Shown: piece after piece, positions 13,608 to 25,681 of the stretch
Numbering within the stretch: position 1 is the stretch's first letter
How the letters are laid out: each line of letters begins with the position of its first letter
Origin: Octopus vulgaris
Lineage: Eukaryota
Length of the DNA stretch: 64,000 nucleotides
Direction: 5' to 3'
Assembly (NCBI GenBank): GCA_951406725.2
Contig: OX597814.1
Coordinates: forward strand, 163,184,001-163,248,000
Position numbers and translations under genes: made by a program
Notes under the pieces: generated by a model
What the model saw: the letters and a program-made list of their open reading frames with translations, nothing else
The model's database searches: none
What the model was told of the DNA's origin: nothing

Positions 13608-13832
13608 TGAGGGGATGCTAAAAACTTCCTGGCTTGGGATGAAAGAAAATACAGGAAGATCAGTTAATTATGATTTAATTCAACATATTCCCCCTCTGAG
13701 ATTCACACACTTATTGCAGCGGTCCTTCATTTTTCCTAAGCCCTGTAAAAGAACTTGGAGGGCTGGGCTGGGCGCCTCCAACCAGGCCTTTCATGATACC
13801 CTTAAAGCCAGGAACTTTTCAACATCCCCTCG
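13608..13832. mobile_element. Mariner/Tc1-type MITE (about 225 bp)
   Basis: Imperfect 27-bp TIRs GAGGGGATGCTAAAAACTTCCTGGCTT (13609) and AAGCCAGGAACTTTTCAACATCCCCTC (to 13831), inserted beside (TA)n. Confidence 0.8.
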
Positions 13833-13876
13833 TGTGTGTGTGTACGTACATACATATATATATATGTGTGTATATA

Positions 13877-13934
<58 letters not shown>

Positions 13935-14015
13935 CATACATACATACATACATACATACATACATACATACATACATACATACATACATACATACATACA
14001 TGCATGCATGCATAT
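13832..14015. repeat. Compound (TG)/(TA)n/(ACAT)n microsatellite
   Basis: Seen directly. Confidence 0.97.
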
Positions 14016-14635
14016 GTAAAGGAAAATCTGAAGAGAAGGTTGGTGCAAGTTCTAGGCTCCCAGAGTAGTTCTTTCGTTTTATTATGTGTACAAACATAAT
14101 CGAGGTACACTTCGACTGGTGTACAAGGATATGACTAAGCGTAACCTGAGAAGATTCAACATCGATAACTGCAGGTGAACAGCAGCAGCTGGGGACATAA
14201 ACCGGTGAAGATATCGGTTCGCTACGGATATCAGTAGCAGACGACTTTTCAAACAGACGATCATTTGTGGTGGTGGGAAGGGGAGACAATGACGATAATG
14301 CGGATGATGATAATGATGATGATGATGACACTTGTGCTTGTGCATTAACTACGTGTATAATGTAAACGAGCTTTGGTCTCATTCGCCGTGTATTCATACT
14401 AAGCACTTAATCTTACTTCCCCTACCTATTATTTGGTATTAGTGATTTTGTTGTACTGTTTAATGAATTGCACTGTAAATATCGAGAAGAAAAATAGTAT
14501 ATTTCTGTGTTTATAAATCATTGGAATTTTACATCAAACTGTCCTTGAAGTGTTAAACACTACGACATCTCCCATTTTCACCAGCAACATGGTAATGCTG
14601 TAAAACCCACTGACAAGGGTAGTGATGTGACAGTA

Positions 14636-14868
14636 AGGCGGCGAGCTGGCAGAAACGTTAGCACGTCGAGCGAAATGCTTAGCGGTATTTTGTCTACCGT
14701 TACGTTCTGAGTTCAAATTCCGCCGAGGTCGACTTTGTCTTTCAGCCTTTCGGGATCGATTAAATAAGTACCAGTTACGCACTGGGTCGATATAATCGAC
14801 TTAATCCGTGTGTCCGTCCTTGTTTGTCCTCTCTGAGTTTAGCCCCTTGTGGGTAGTAAAGAAATAAG
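14636..14868 (+). mobile_element. SINE family 1, long-tail subtype
   Basis: Full head through the tail CCCCTTGTGGGTAGTAAAGAAATAAG. Confidence 0.9.
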
Positions 14869-16631
14869 TGTGATGATCTCACCTCCACAAAGCTGAAGTA
14901 CTTCGACAGTTCCTCAACTCTTTGTTCTACTGTAAATGACTTTTGACCATGCTCCTAGCAACAAACATCTTATGTCCGACATATCCATTAACTCATCTTC
15001 TCTCCTCATTTCTCCCTCTCGCAGCCATTAACGTGATCGTTGGGAGACCATATACCTCTATCATCTACTTTCTACCCAATGTTTTTATAACCAACAACCC
15101 CGGTTGTGCCACCGTTTTCGCCAACAGCTGTTTCACCGAATTCTTCTCCAAATACTTAAACCAGCTCTTCTCACCCTTGGTTGCAGTTCTCTTACATCCA
15201 CAACACAAACGGCGCTCTCTGTCTCTTAGTATCCTTCTTTTCTTCTCTCTGGTCCCTCTTAACTCTTTTCCACTATGGACGTTAAGTACCTTTATATTGT
15301 CATCTCCACAGCAACAGTCTCCTAGCTTTAAAATACTTCCGTTATACTACATTCGAGTCCAGTGTCACCACTTTCCTCCACCTTGATGAACTCGTCTTCA
15401 CGATCAATAATTTCTCCTTTTCCTTAAAGGTCTTTGCCTCTAATATATTACCTTCTCATATATTTTGGTATATAGGAGTAGGGGTGTAGCGTGCCAATTC
15501 CGCCTGTCTCCAGATCTAGTTCGCGATTTTAATGATCAAGTTAATATTCCTATACATTATTGATCTGTTCACCGGTCAGAGTTTCTTCTAATTCTCCATT
15601 TGTGATATATAAAAACACTCTCCAGGTTTTGACGAGACAGGGATTCGTTATTCACCTCCTGGTCTATTCCTGAATATATTCCTTGAGTAAGAAGGCACTG
15701 CCTCTTGTAAGATGAGTCTCTCGTGTCTGTTACTTTCCCTGGAGCCCAACTATGTCCAACATTTGTTTTGACAGTCCCCACTCATAAAAATGCCTGATTT
15801 TATAAATGTTACTGTGTGTAGCTGTTATTGTTTTTCTTCTGTGTTATCTTTTTTTAAAGTATAATTTTTTTTTCTTGTGGGCTGCAAATTTTGTCATCAT
15901 CTTTGTGGGAACTTTCTACAACCACCATTTTATAGAATGTAATGTTTATAATTTTTTCTCTTGCCTGAAAGTAAAATAGAATTGTTTCAAAATGTGAAGT
16001 GTTTTCCTCCCTCAATTGGGGGAGGGAATAAACACTAAAAAACACCCCTTCTCCTCTATGCAAGAAAGGCATAAAGTTTTTGATTTATTTACAAAGTAAA
16101 GAAATACGGTTATATAACTGTATATATTTCTCACTGATTTAATGCATGATAATATTTTATAACTAACTGAAAAAACGATTCAAAACAAACACCTAATGTA
16201 AAAGCAATACAACGACAAATTGCAAACTATAATATGTTTGTCCAGATATTAAAGCACAAAGTATTTACACATATTTGCCAGACAAAACAGAAAATACCAC
16301 GAGTTTGTTGATGTCGAATGATTGGAGATAACACAAATTTATCAATAGCGTTGATTGATTATCGAATATCATATAATTTGCCCCTTTATAGATTACTAAA
16401 TGCACCCCTGCATTTCCATAGTACATAAAGAATACTGAGATCCACTGGGATTCTAAAAAGCTTTTATATTTGCTTAAAAACTAAAAAAAATATTAATTAG
16501 ATTTCATGGAAGGAAGTGATTAAACATTGATTTCGAAGTTATTTTTTGAAACACCAAATTAATTCACTTCACTTAACTACATCAAAATCGTTGAAACCAG
16601 TAGTTGTTTTACTACAACTTCTTTGCAAAAC

Positions 16632-17036
16632 ATTAGTTTCAAATTTTGGCACAAAACCAGCAACTTCGGAGAAGGGTGCTAGTCGATTACATTGACCCCA
16701 GTGCTAAACTGGTACTCAATTTATCGACCTCGAAAGGATCAAAAGCAAAGTCAACCCCAGCGACATTTGAATTCAAGACGTAAAGATGGACGAAGTACCT
16801 ATTTCTTTACTACCCACAAGGGGCTAAACACAGGGGGGGGGGACAAACAAGGACAGACAAATGGATTAAGTTGATTATATCGGCCCCAGTGCGTAACTGG
16901 TACTTATTTAATCGACCCCGAAAGGATGAAAGGCAAAGTCGACCTCGACGGAATTTGAACTGAGAACGTAGCGGCAGACGAAATACGGCTACGCATTTCG
17001 CCCGGCGTTCTAACGTTTCTGCCAGCTCGCCGCCTT
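16632..17036 (-). mobile_element. SINE family 1 dimer
   Basis: A long-tail copy is joined to a short-tail body at AAAGAAATAGGTACTTCGTC on the minus strand. Confidence 0.88.
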
Positions 17037-17047
17037 AATGATGATGG

Positions 17048-17078
<31 letters not shown>

Positions 17079-17107
17079 AATAATGATAATAATAATAATA
17101 ATAATAA

Positions 17108-17138
<31 letters not shown>

Positions 17139-17182
17139 AAGAAGAAGAAGAAGAAGAAGAAGAAGAAGAAGAAGAAGAAGAA
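17037..17182. repeat. Compound (GAT)n(AAT)n(GAA)n microsatellite
   Basis: Seen directly. Confidence 0.97.
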
Positions 17183-17189
17183 TTGCTTA

Positions 17190-17560
17190 CTAATTGGTCC
17201 ATCATGCCCGTTTGATTCCAGGATCATAAAGAAAGAGGAAGAAAAACAAAAGAAATACAATGTCTTAAAATTTGAAATATGAAGAATCTGGAGCTTGAAA
17301 ACAGTAAAGGTCGTTCCTATAATGACCGATGCATTGGGAACAGTAAGCTAAGATATAGACAAATGGCTGAAGAAGATTGGAATAGAATGCCCGGTAGAGC
17401 TCCTACAGAAAGTTTGTCTCTTAGGGACAGCAAGGGTTATTAGGAGGGTTCTAAGCACTTGAAAGACTGCTGAAAACTTGTTGATTCCTAAGGTTACAAG
17501 TAGTAACACACTACCCACATAAATCCTACCAGGAATAAGACCAAACCTGAGACAAACCAA
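17190..17560 (+). mobile_element. R4/Dong-like 3'-end fragment
   Basis: Encodes ...KYNVLKFEI*RIWSLKTVKVVPI..ALGTV, the RLE C-terminus; followed by an (AAT/AAC)n tail. Confidence 0.75.
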
Positions 17561-17589
17561 AATAATAACAACAACAATAATAAAAACTG

Positions 17590-19180
17590 CTGATAAATGG
17601 TATAAGCACAAAACTGAGGCTGCAAGTAAATGAGAAAAATGTGACGATTCTTTGAGTCTTTCCAGTACATACAGACCGGACCATCAAAGCTAACAAACCG
17701 GATATTTTCTGCATGGCGCTGAAGCCTTTAGCTGACATGCTATGCAGAACTGAATGTGGATACAACTGCTACGATAAAAAAAAATCAACCATCTCTTGTA
17801 TATGGATGATCTAAGAGTGTATGCTGCAAATGATAAACAATTGGAAACATTACCACAGACGGTGCATTGATTTACCAAAGAAATATGAAATTCGGCTTAG
17901 AAAAATGTGCCTAAGCAACCTTTTAAAAGGAAAACTAGTTAAAAGTAATAATATCCCACTAGAAAAAGAAAATGAAATAAGAGAATTAGACCAAACCCAG
18001 ACATACAAATACTTAGGAATCAATAAACTAGATACGGTACAACACACACAAATAAAAGAAAAGATAAGGAAGGAATGCTATAGATGAGTAAGATTAATAC
18101 TCAAAAAGAGCTCGATGCAAAAAACAAGATAGTAGGTATCAATACTCTTGTTGTACCAGTCTTAAGTTACAGTTATAATGTTCTTAATTGGACTTAGATG
18201 AACTAGCCAAACTAGACAGGAAAACAAGAAAAATAATTTAGGATACGTCACCGAAAATTTGACAAAGAAAAGTTATATATCAACGAATTGAAGGCCTTAT
18301 ACAACTAGAAAACTCCTATGAAATAAGAGACATTGGTTTATAGAAATATCTAACTCAGAACCAAAGAAAACTGGTACAAATAGCGTCAAAACATGAACAA
18401 AACAAAAAACTGTTTTCTGTCTTTAAGGAAGCCGAAAAATGCAAGAAAGAGGTCATAGTTCCAGACAACTATGAAGAAAAAGAAGAAACATCAAAAGCTG
18501 TAAATCAACTGAAATCTAAACTAAAACTGGAACAACAAAATACCATGGTAAAACGATGGCAAGAAAAGCCCTTCCATAGCAAATACTGGGATAAGCTAAA
18601 GAGAAAAGAAATAAAATGCCAATAATGGTTGAAAAACTCAGAACTCAAAACAGAGACTGAAAGATTTTCAAGTACAGCACAAGATCAAAGCATCCCCACC
18701 AGAAACCACCAGAATCATATAATGAAGAAAAATGCAATAAGTAACATCAGAATATGTGATAATTGGGAAGAAACAATAAATCATATTTTCTCTGGCTGCC
18801 CAGTCCTGGCTAAGAAGGAATACATCCGTAGATATGTCAGAGTTAGGACCTATATACACTGGAAGCTAAGCTAACACTATGGAATGGCAACGGAAAAAAG
18901 ATGGTATAGGCGTATCTCAGAATAAGTCTCAGAAAATGACAAAGCATACTCTGGGATATGCCAATACACACACATAGAGAGATCACAGATATAGCTGTCA
19001 GAGATCATCAAGAAAAATGCCTTCAAATCAACATATCAACATATCAGTCCCAACAGATGACAAGGTATCTCTAAAAGAAACGCTCAAAATACAAAGATCT
19101 GGAAACAGAGATGACCCGAATGTGGGGCCTAAAAATTGAAACTATCTCGATAATAATAGGTGCATTAAGTGTGATTAAGT
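17590..19180 (+). mobile_element. R4/Dong-like retrotransposon, degenerate (RT, CCHC, RLE)
   Basis: YMDDL at about 17800, YKYLG, AQDQSIPTRN, ETINHIFSGC; many frameshifts. Confidence 0.9.
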
Positions 19181-21715
19181 GTACCTTCGGTATGTGCTGT
19201 GGTTTTCTGTGATGCTCTTATTGTATTGCTGTATTGAAAGTGTTTTGCGTAGGATGTGTGCAGTGCCCAGTAATGCAATTTTCTGTATGTTATATATATT
19301 TGTAAGTCCTGGTGTTTTTGTTATGTATTTGTCTGAATATTTTTTTATCATACTTAATGCGCCTACTATCATAGGAATTGTTTCTGTTTTTAGATTCCAC
19401 ATCCGAGTTACCTCTATTTCCAGGTCTTTGTATTTTGAAAGTTTCTCCATTTCTTTTAGAGAAACGTTGTCATCTGCTGGTATTGATACATTGATTAGAA
19501 AGCATTTTTTTTCTTCATGGTCTCTGACAACTATATCTGGCCTATTGGCCTTAATTTCTCTATTTGTGTGTATTGGCATTTCCCAGAGTATGGTTGCTTT
19601 CTCGTTTTCTGTGACCTTTTCTGGTGTGTGCATATACCATCCTTTTTCTGTTGTTATTCCATAGTGTTGGCATAGCTTCCAGTGTATTAGGGTCCCCACT
19701 CTGTCGTGTCTGTGAATATATTCCTTTTTAGCCAGGACTGGGCAGCCAGAGATAATATGATTTATTGTTTCTTGTCCATCTCCACATATTCTGCAGTTAC
19801 TTATGTTTCTTTTCATTACATGTTTTTGGCAAATTCTGATGGGGAGGCTTTGGTTTGTGCTGCAATTAAAAATCCCTCCGTCTCTGCTTTGAGTCCTGAG
19901 CTTCTCAACCATTGTTGGGATTTTTTCTGTCTATTTCTTCTGCATTTAGTTTAGTCCAGTATTTGCCATGAAGGGGCTTTTTTTGCCATCGTTTTATCAT
20001 GATCCGTTGCTGTTTTAGTTTGGATTTCATTTGTTTTATAATTTTTTTTTTCTTCTTCTTCTTCTTCTTCTTCTTCTTCTTCTTCTTCTTCTTCTTCTTC
20101 TTCTTCTTCTTCTTCTTCTTCATATTTGTTAGGTAGCATGATTTCTTGTTTGTATTTGTCAGCCTCTTTAAATACTGAGAACAGTTTTTTTGTTTTACTC
20201 GTATTTTGCCGCTATTTGTATCAGTTTTCCTTGCTTCTGAAGTAGGTATTTTTGCAGTCCTATGGTGGTTATTTTATAATAGTTTTCCAGCTGTATTTTA
20301 TGGTGGTTATTTTATAATAGTTTTCCAGCTGTATTTTATGGTGGTTATTTTATAATAGTTTTCCAGCTGTATTTTATGGTGGTTATTTTATAATAGTTTT
20401 CCAGCTGTATAAGGCCTCTACCACCTTCTATACGATGTATAGCCTTTCTGTAGCCTTTCTATGTCAGATTTTGGGTGGTGCTTCTTAGATCCTGTCATTA
20501 TTTTTCTTGTTTTCATGTCTATTTTGGTTAGTTCATTTAGTGTCCAGTTAGCTGTAACTTATAACTGGGACGGCTAAAGTGTTAATACCTATTATCTTGT
20601 TTTTAGCATTGAGCTCTGTTTTTAGTATTGATCGAACTCGTCTACAGTATTCTTTCTTTATTTTCTCTTTCATTTGTGTGTGTTGTATCATATCTAGTTC
20701 ATGGATCCCTAAATAGTTGTATGTCTGGGTTTGATCTAATTCTCTTATTTCATTGGCTTTATCTAGTGTGATGTTGCTACTCTTAACTAGTTTTCCTCTT
20801 TTCAGGGTTGCTTTGGCGCATTTTTCTAATTCAAATTTCATATCTATTTCTTTGGTAAATCCATGTACTGTTTGTAGTAGTGTTTCCAGCTGTTTGTCAT
20901 TTGTAGCGTATAGTTTTAGGTCATCCATATAAAAGAGGTGGCTGATTGGTTTGCCGTAACATTTGTATCCGCATCCAGTTCTATTTAGCATATCAGATAG
21001 AGGTGTCAGTGCCAAGCAGAAAAGGAGTGGAGAGAGCGTGTTTCCCTGGAATATTCCTCTTCTAATGGGGATGGCTTTGGTTTTCACGTGTCCCTCTTTT
21101 GTTTGGAGTTGTAGCACTGTCTGCCATTTATTCATAGAGTTTCGTGTGTTTTATAATTATTGCTGCTACCTTGTTAATGGCTATTATTTCGAGGATCCAC
21201 GTGTGGGGGATGTTATAAAAAGCCTTTCGGTAGTCGATCCAGGCCATACTGAGGCCTTTCTTCTTTCTGCGGCTGTCTTCAGTTATGGCTTTATTGATCA
21301 TTAGTTGATCTTTACAGCCATATGAGCCCTTGCAGCATCCCTTCTGCTCTTCTGGAAACAGGTTGTTTTCTTCCAGATGCTTGTTCAATCTTTGCGATAT
21401 TACTACAGTAAAGGCTTTTCACATTGTAGGGAGACAGGTTATAAGTCTGTAATTTTGTGGTTTTGCCGTTTCATTGAATTTGGGAGTTAGGAAAGTTTTC
21501 CCTTTCGTGAGCCATTCAGGCATTGTCTCTGACTTTGCCAGTATGTCATTAAAGTTTTCAGCCAGCTTTTTGTGCATTCCAGTCAGATATTTTAACCAGA
21601 AGTTGGGGATTTTGTCGTGCCCAGGTGCCTACCAGTTGCTTAGTCTTTGCAGTGCCTGGATGACCTCTTCAGTTGTTATAGGGTCCAGAGTTGCTCAGGT
21701 ACTAAGTTTTAATAG
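19180..21715 (-). mobile_element. R4/Dong-like retrotransposon, about 2.5 kb, RT + CCHC + PD-(D/E)xK endonuclease
   Basis: EEQKGC, WIDYRKAF, GIFQG.TLSPLLF, YMDDLKLY, CRICGDGQETINHIISGC and NRPDIV...LINVSIP...K.SKY. Contains a 4 x 38-bp tandem duplication (20261-20410) and a (GAA)n expansion. Confidence 0.93.
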
Positions 21716-21764
21716 TTGTTTTAATAGTCCTTTTCTGTGGTTGTTCATTCGCCGACCATATTTC

Positions 21765-21832
<68 letters not shown>

Positions 21833-21861
21833 CATTATCACCATCATCATCATCATTATTA

Positions 21862-22040
21862 TTCGTTAGCACCCTGGGCGAAATGCTACGTTCTGAGTTC
21901 AAATTCCGCCGAGGTCTACTTTGCCTTTCATCCTTCTGGAGTTTGATAAATTAAGTACGATTAAAACACTGAGATCGATGTAATCGACTATCCACATCCC
22001 TTACAATTTTAGACCTTGTGCCTATAGCAGAAAGGATTAT
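21862..22040 (+). mobile_element. SINE family 1, internally deleted
   Basis: B-box and central domain present, between (ATT)n tracts. Confidence 0.8.
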
Positions 22041-22043
22041 TAA

Positions 22044-22070
<27 letters not shown>

Positions 22071-22074
<4 letters not shown>

Positions 22075-22158
22075 TAGTTTTATTTTTATAGCGTGCTTTC
22101 ACTTCACTACCGAGCGCAGCTCTGTGTGCCTTGGGTATGTGCTGTGATTTGTTGTGAT
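22071..22158 (-). mobile_element. Extremely 5'-truncated Dong-like copy (3' UTR only)
   Basis: Nearly identical to 22265-22365, the 3' UTR of the adjacent copy; flanked on both sides by (TTA)n. Confidence 0.8.
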
Positions 22159-22178
22159 GCTCTGATGGTTATTGTATG

Positions 22179-22241
<63 letters not shown>

Positions 22242-22264
22242 GATGTTATTATTAATTATTATTA

Positions 22265-23080
22265 TTCAGTAGTTTTATTTTTTTAGCGTGCTTTCACTTC
22301 ACTACCGAGCGCAGCTCTGTGTGCCTTGGGTATGTGCTGTGATTTGTTGTGACGCTCTGATGGTTAACGTATGGAAAGTGCTCTGCGTAGGATGTGTGCA
22401 GTGCCTAGTAGTGCAATTTTTTGTAAGTTATATGTGTTTGTAAGTCCTGGTGTTTTTGTTATGTATTTGTCTGAATATTTTTTTATCATGCCTAATGCAC
22501 CTACTATGATAGGAATTGTTTCTGTTTTCAGATTCCACATTCTAGTTATCTCTATTTCCAGGTCTTTGTATTTTGAGAGCTTCTCCATTTCTTTTAGAGA
22601 CACGTTGTCATCTGCCGGTATTGATACATCAATTAGAAAGCATTTTTTTTCTTCATGATCTCTGACAACTATATCTGGTCTGTTGGCCTTAATTTCTCTA
22701 TCTGTGTGTATCGGCATATCCCAGAGTATGGTTGCTTTCTCGTTTTCTGTGACCTTTTCTGGTGTGTGCCTATACCATCTTTTTTCTGTTGTTATTCCAT
22801 AATGTTGGCATAGCTTCCAATGTATGTAGGTTCCAACTCTGTCATATCTGTGAATATATTCCTTCTTAGCCAGGACTGGGCAGCTAGAGATAATATGATT
22901 TATTATATCTTGTCCATCTCCACATATTCTGCAGTTACTTGTAATATTTCTTTTCATTACATGTTTTTGGTAATTTCTGGTAGGGAGGCTTTGGTCTTGT
23001 GCTGCAATTAAAAATCCCTCTGTTTCTGCTTTGAGTCCTGAGCTTCTCAACCATTGCTGGGATTTTTCTTTGTCTATTTC
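22265..23080 (-). mobile_element. 5'-truncated R4/Dong-like copy with open 228-aa CCHC + RLE frame
   Basis: ORF 22364..23050 with CRIC...H....C and RPDIV...IDVSIP...KLSKY; both ends abut (TAA/TTA)n. Confidence 0.93.
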
Positions 23081-23118
23081 TAATAATAATGATAATAATA
23101 ATAATAATAATAATAATA

Positions 23119-23177
<59 letters not shown>

Positions 23178-23187
23178 CATTATTATT

Positions 23188-23786
23188 ATTCTATGTTTGA
23201 CTTTTGCTTTATATTTGTACAAGTTGACTCCAAGTCTCACCCAGAGACCTCAAGAGACAACAGGTTGGAAGTTCGTGTTGTTGTTATGCCTAGTGTGCCA
23301 TATATTTGGTTTTGTATTTAGTGTTGTACTAGTGAATGTCTAAAAAAAACCGAAAATTATGTTTGTTTTAAAACTTGAGATTACATAGAAAGTATTTTGC
23401 GTAGGATATGAGCAATTCCCATGAGCACTATCTTTTGAATTTCTGCCATTTGGGGTTTCCTGGTATCTGAGTTAAGTAGCGATCAGCCCCTTTTGCTATC
23501 ATTCCCAGGTACGACAACAGGTATTGTTTTAGTCTTCAAGTTCCACATTTTGCTGATTTCTATTTCAAGATCTTTATATTTGCTCAGTTTTTGATAGGTC
23601 TTGACAGATACGTTTATATTGATTGGGACAGACATATCAATGAGGAGGCATGTTCTTTGTTTGAAGTCTTTCAATATGATGTCTGGCCTATTTGCATCTA
23701 TCTTTCTGTCAGTTTGTATGGGGAAGTTCCAGGGGAGTGAGATGTGGTCATTTTCAAGCACTGGAGGTGGTTTGTGTTCCCACCAG

Positions 23787-23790
<4 letters not shown>
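23188..23790 (-). mobile_element. 5'-truncated R4/Dong-like copy, different subfamily
   Basis: ORF 23483..23761 (QTDRKIDANRPDIIL...LIDMSVP...KLSKYKDLEIEI); flanked by (TTA)n. Confidence 0.88.
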
Positions 23791-23859
<69 letters not shown>

Positions 23860-23908
23860 CATTATTATTATTATTATCATTATTATTATATTATTATTAT
23901 TATTATTA

Positions 23909-24006
<98 letters not shown>

Positions 24007-24031
24007 CATTATTATTATTATCATTATTATT
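23790..24031. repeat. (TTA)n microsatellite, one of several between 21767 and 25218
   Basis: Seen directly. Confidence 0.98.
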
Positions 24032-24400
24032 GCCTTATTGCACAGCTTCTAACGCTGGAGATATACTACGGTGTCAGCTGTTCACTGACAGTGAACTGAA
24101 GTAACACCTCTTATTTTTCGAGCACTTTCCGGAGTATTCGAGCAGTTCCACTCAGTGCTGTTTTCTGAAAGTGTTCCACCCTTATTGCAGCCCCTATTTG
24201 TCCCACGTACATCTTGAGATTTTTGCTCACTGTTCCCAGGGCTCCGACAATTATTGGTACTATCGCTACCATTTTCATCGACCAAAACTGCTTATCTTCC
24301 CAAGCTAACCTGTCATATCTCTCGACTTTTCTTTCTTCCTTATCGCATACTTTGTTGTCAGCTGAGCATGCTATATCTATGATCCAGCATTGTTTGCTTT
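24032..24400 (-). mobile_element. 5'-truncated R4/Dong-like copy, third subfamily
   Basis: The minus strand encodes ...WIIDIACSADNKVCDKEERKVERYDRLAWE...IVPIIVGALGTV, the RLE C-terminus; flanked by (TTA)n. Confidence 0.8.
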
Positions 24401-24422
24401 ATTATCATTATTATTATTATTA

Positions 24423-24463
<41 letters not shown>

Positions 24464-24464
<1 letters not shown>

Positions 24465-25013
24465 GCCCTGATGCAGTACCAAGCAGTGGCTCTCATGGCT
24501 TCTGATCTTAACTGAATGGAAGTGTTATCATGTACATTGTTTTGTCTTGGTATAAAAGATGGGCTACAGCAAATATTCTGCTCAATACCACAGATTTGCT
24601 TTGTCAGTTGTTTGACTTTAACCAGTTGACCATGTCCCTTAGTGGCTGACAATATGTGCATCTCTGATCGCGAGCAGAAGTAGTGGGGGAGGATCATAGT
24701 CATGTATTGAGAGGGATTCTTTGGGGTCTGAATAATTCACCTCTGGAAACATGGGTGTTTCGTTTAACACTCTTAAACAACCCTTATTCAGGGACCTTTT
24801 GAGCGGGATGGGTTACTCGACCTGAAGAACATTCTAACTGGACCCCACCATCATGTGCTGCTTATCTTGATATGAGATCACTATGTCGCGCACATATGGT
24901 TGTGATGCGTGTGCCCAGTGTACTTTTCTCAGACGGGTAGTCATGATGAGTATACTGGTCTTCGTATATTTTACCCCAGTGTCACTTTGATGGCATGTAC
25001 TGCTCTCTCACTC
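24464..25013. mobile_element. Unclassified roughly 550-bp element embedded in a TAA/TTA microsatellite
   Basis: Non-coding, more balanced composition than its flanks, sharp boundaries against (TTA)n and (AAT)n. Confidence 0.55.
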
Positions 25014-25218
<205 letters not shown>

Positions 25219-25349
25219 AGCAAAATATAAAATAACCTGCAGCAACAACATTTCAACGTTTGCTACTAAATGAGCTGCTTTTATATTCACCTTTACAGCC
25301 ACGCTTTTTAGAAAGTGCGTTCTCCTGATAAGGACATGCTTTCTTAGAC

Positions 25350-25615
25350 CCACTGGATTAAGATTAATTCGTGGATTCATTTCACCAGCTTATCTCCCAG
25401 TGGCTATTTCTGTATGCGATTAGCGATTAGTTTGATTAAAAAGAAGAAAGACTTACAACTAACATTGCCAATCACTGGGAATATATATATTCGTTAGCGG
25501 GAAACACGTTATATTTAGCCAATTAAAAACTAATAGGCTGTGGCATTTTACTCTTATCGTATTAATGCGGATCAAGGCATAGACTATATAAATCGAGCCG
25601 AATCGTATTTGCTTC
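25350..25615 (+). promoter_or_regulatory. Candidate RALBP core/proximal promoter
   Basis: TATATAAA at 25585-25592; CCAAT at 25468; GCCAATTA at 25518-25525; GGATTA/AGATTA tandem at 25355-25366; three more GATTA at 25418, 25425 and 25434. This is the first non-repetitive DNA after the retroelement stack. Confidence 0.5.
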
Positions 25616-25681
25616 AAAATTCCATTACATTTTGGAGTATTTGTTGGCAAGTGAAAGAGAACAAAAAACATCAATAAGCTC
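25615..25681 (+). other. Candidate non-coding first exon (5' UTR) of RALBP; start approximate
   Basis: Begins about 25-30 nt after the TATA box, contains no ATG, and ends at a consensus donor GTAAGT (25682). Coding exon 1 has an acceptor 3 nt before its ATG, so an upstream exon is expected. Confidence 0.5.

Noticed and set aside
14943-15386. 147-aa plus-strand ORF
   Set aside because: Non-ATG start, no recognisable motif, and composition typical of the antisense strand of a purine-rich decayed repeat.
19179-19664. Antisense ORFs over the retrotransposon copies (also 20963, 21474, 22371)
   Set aside because: Shadow frames of the Dong-like ORFs.
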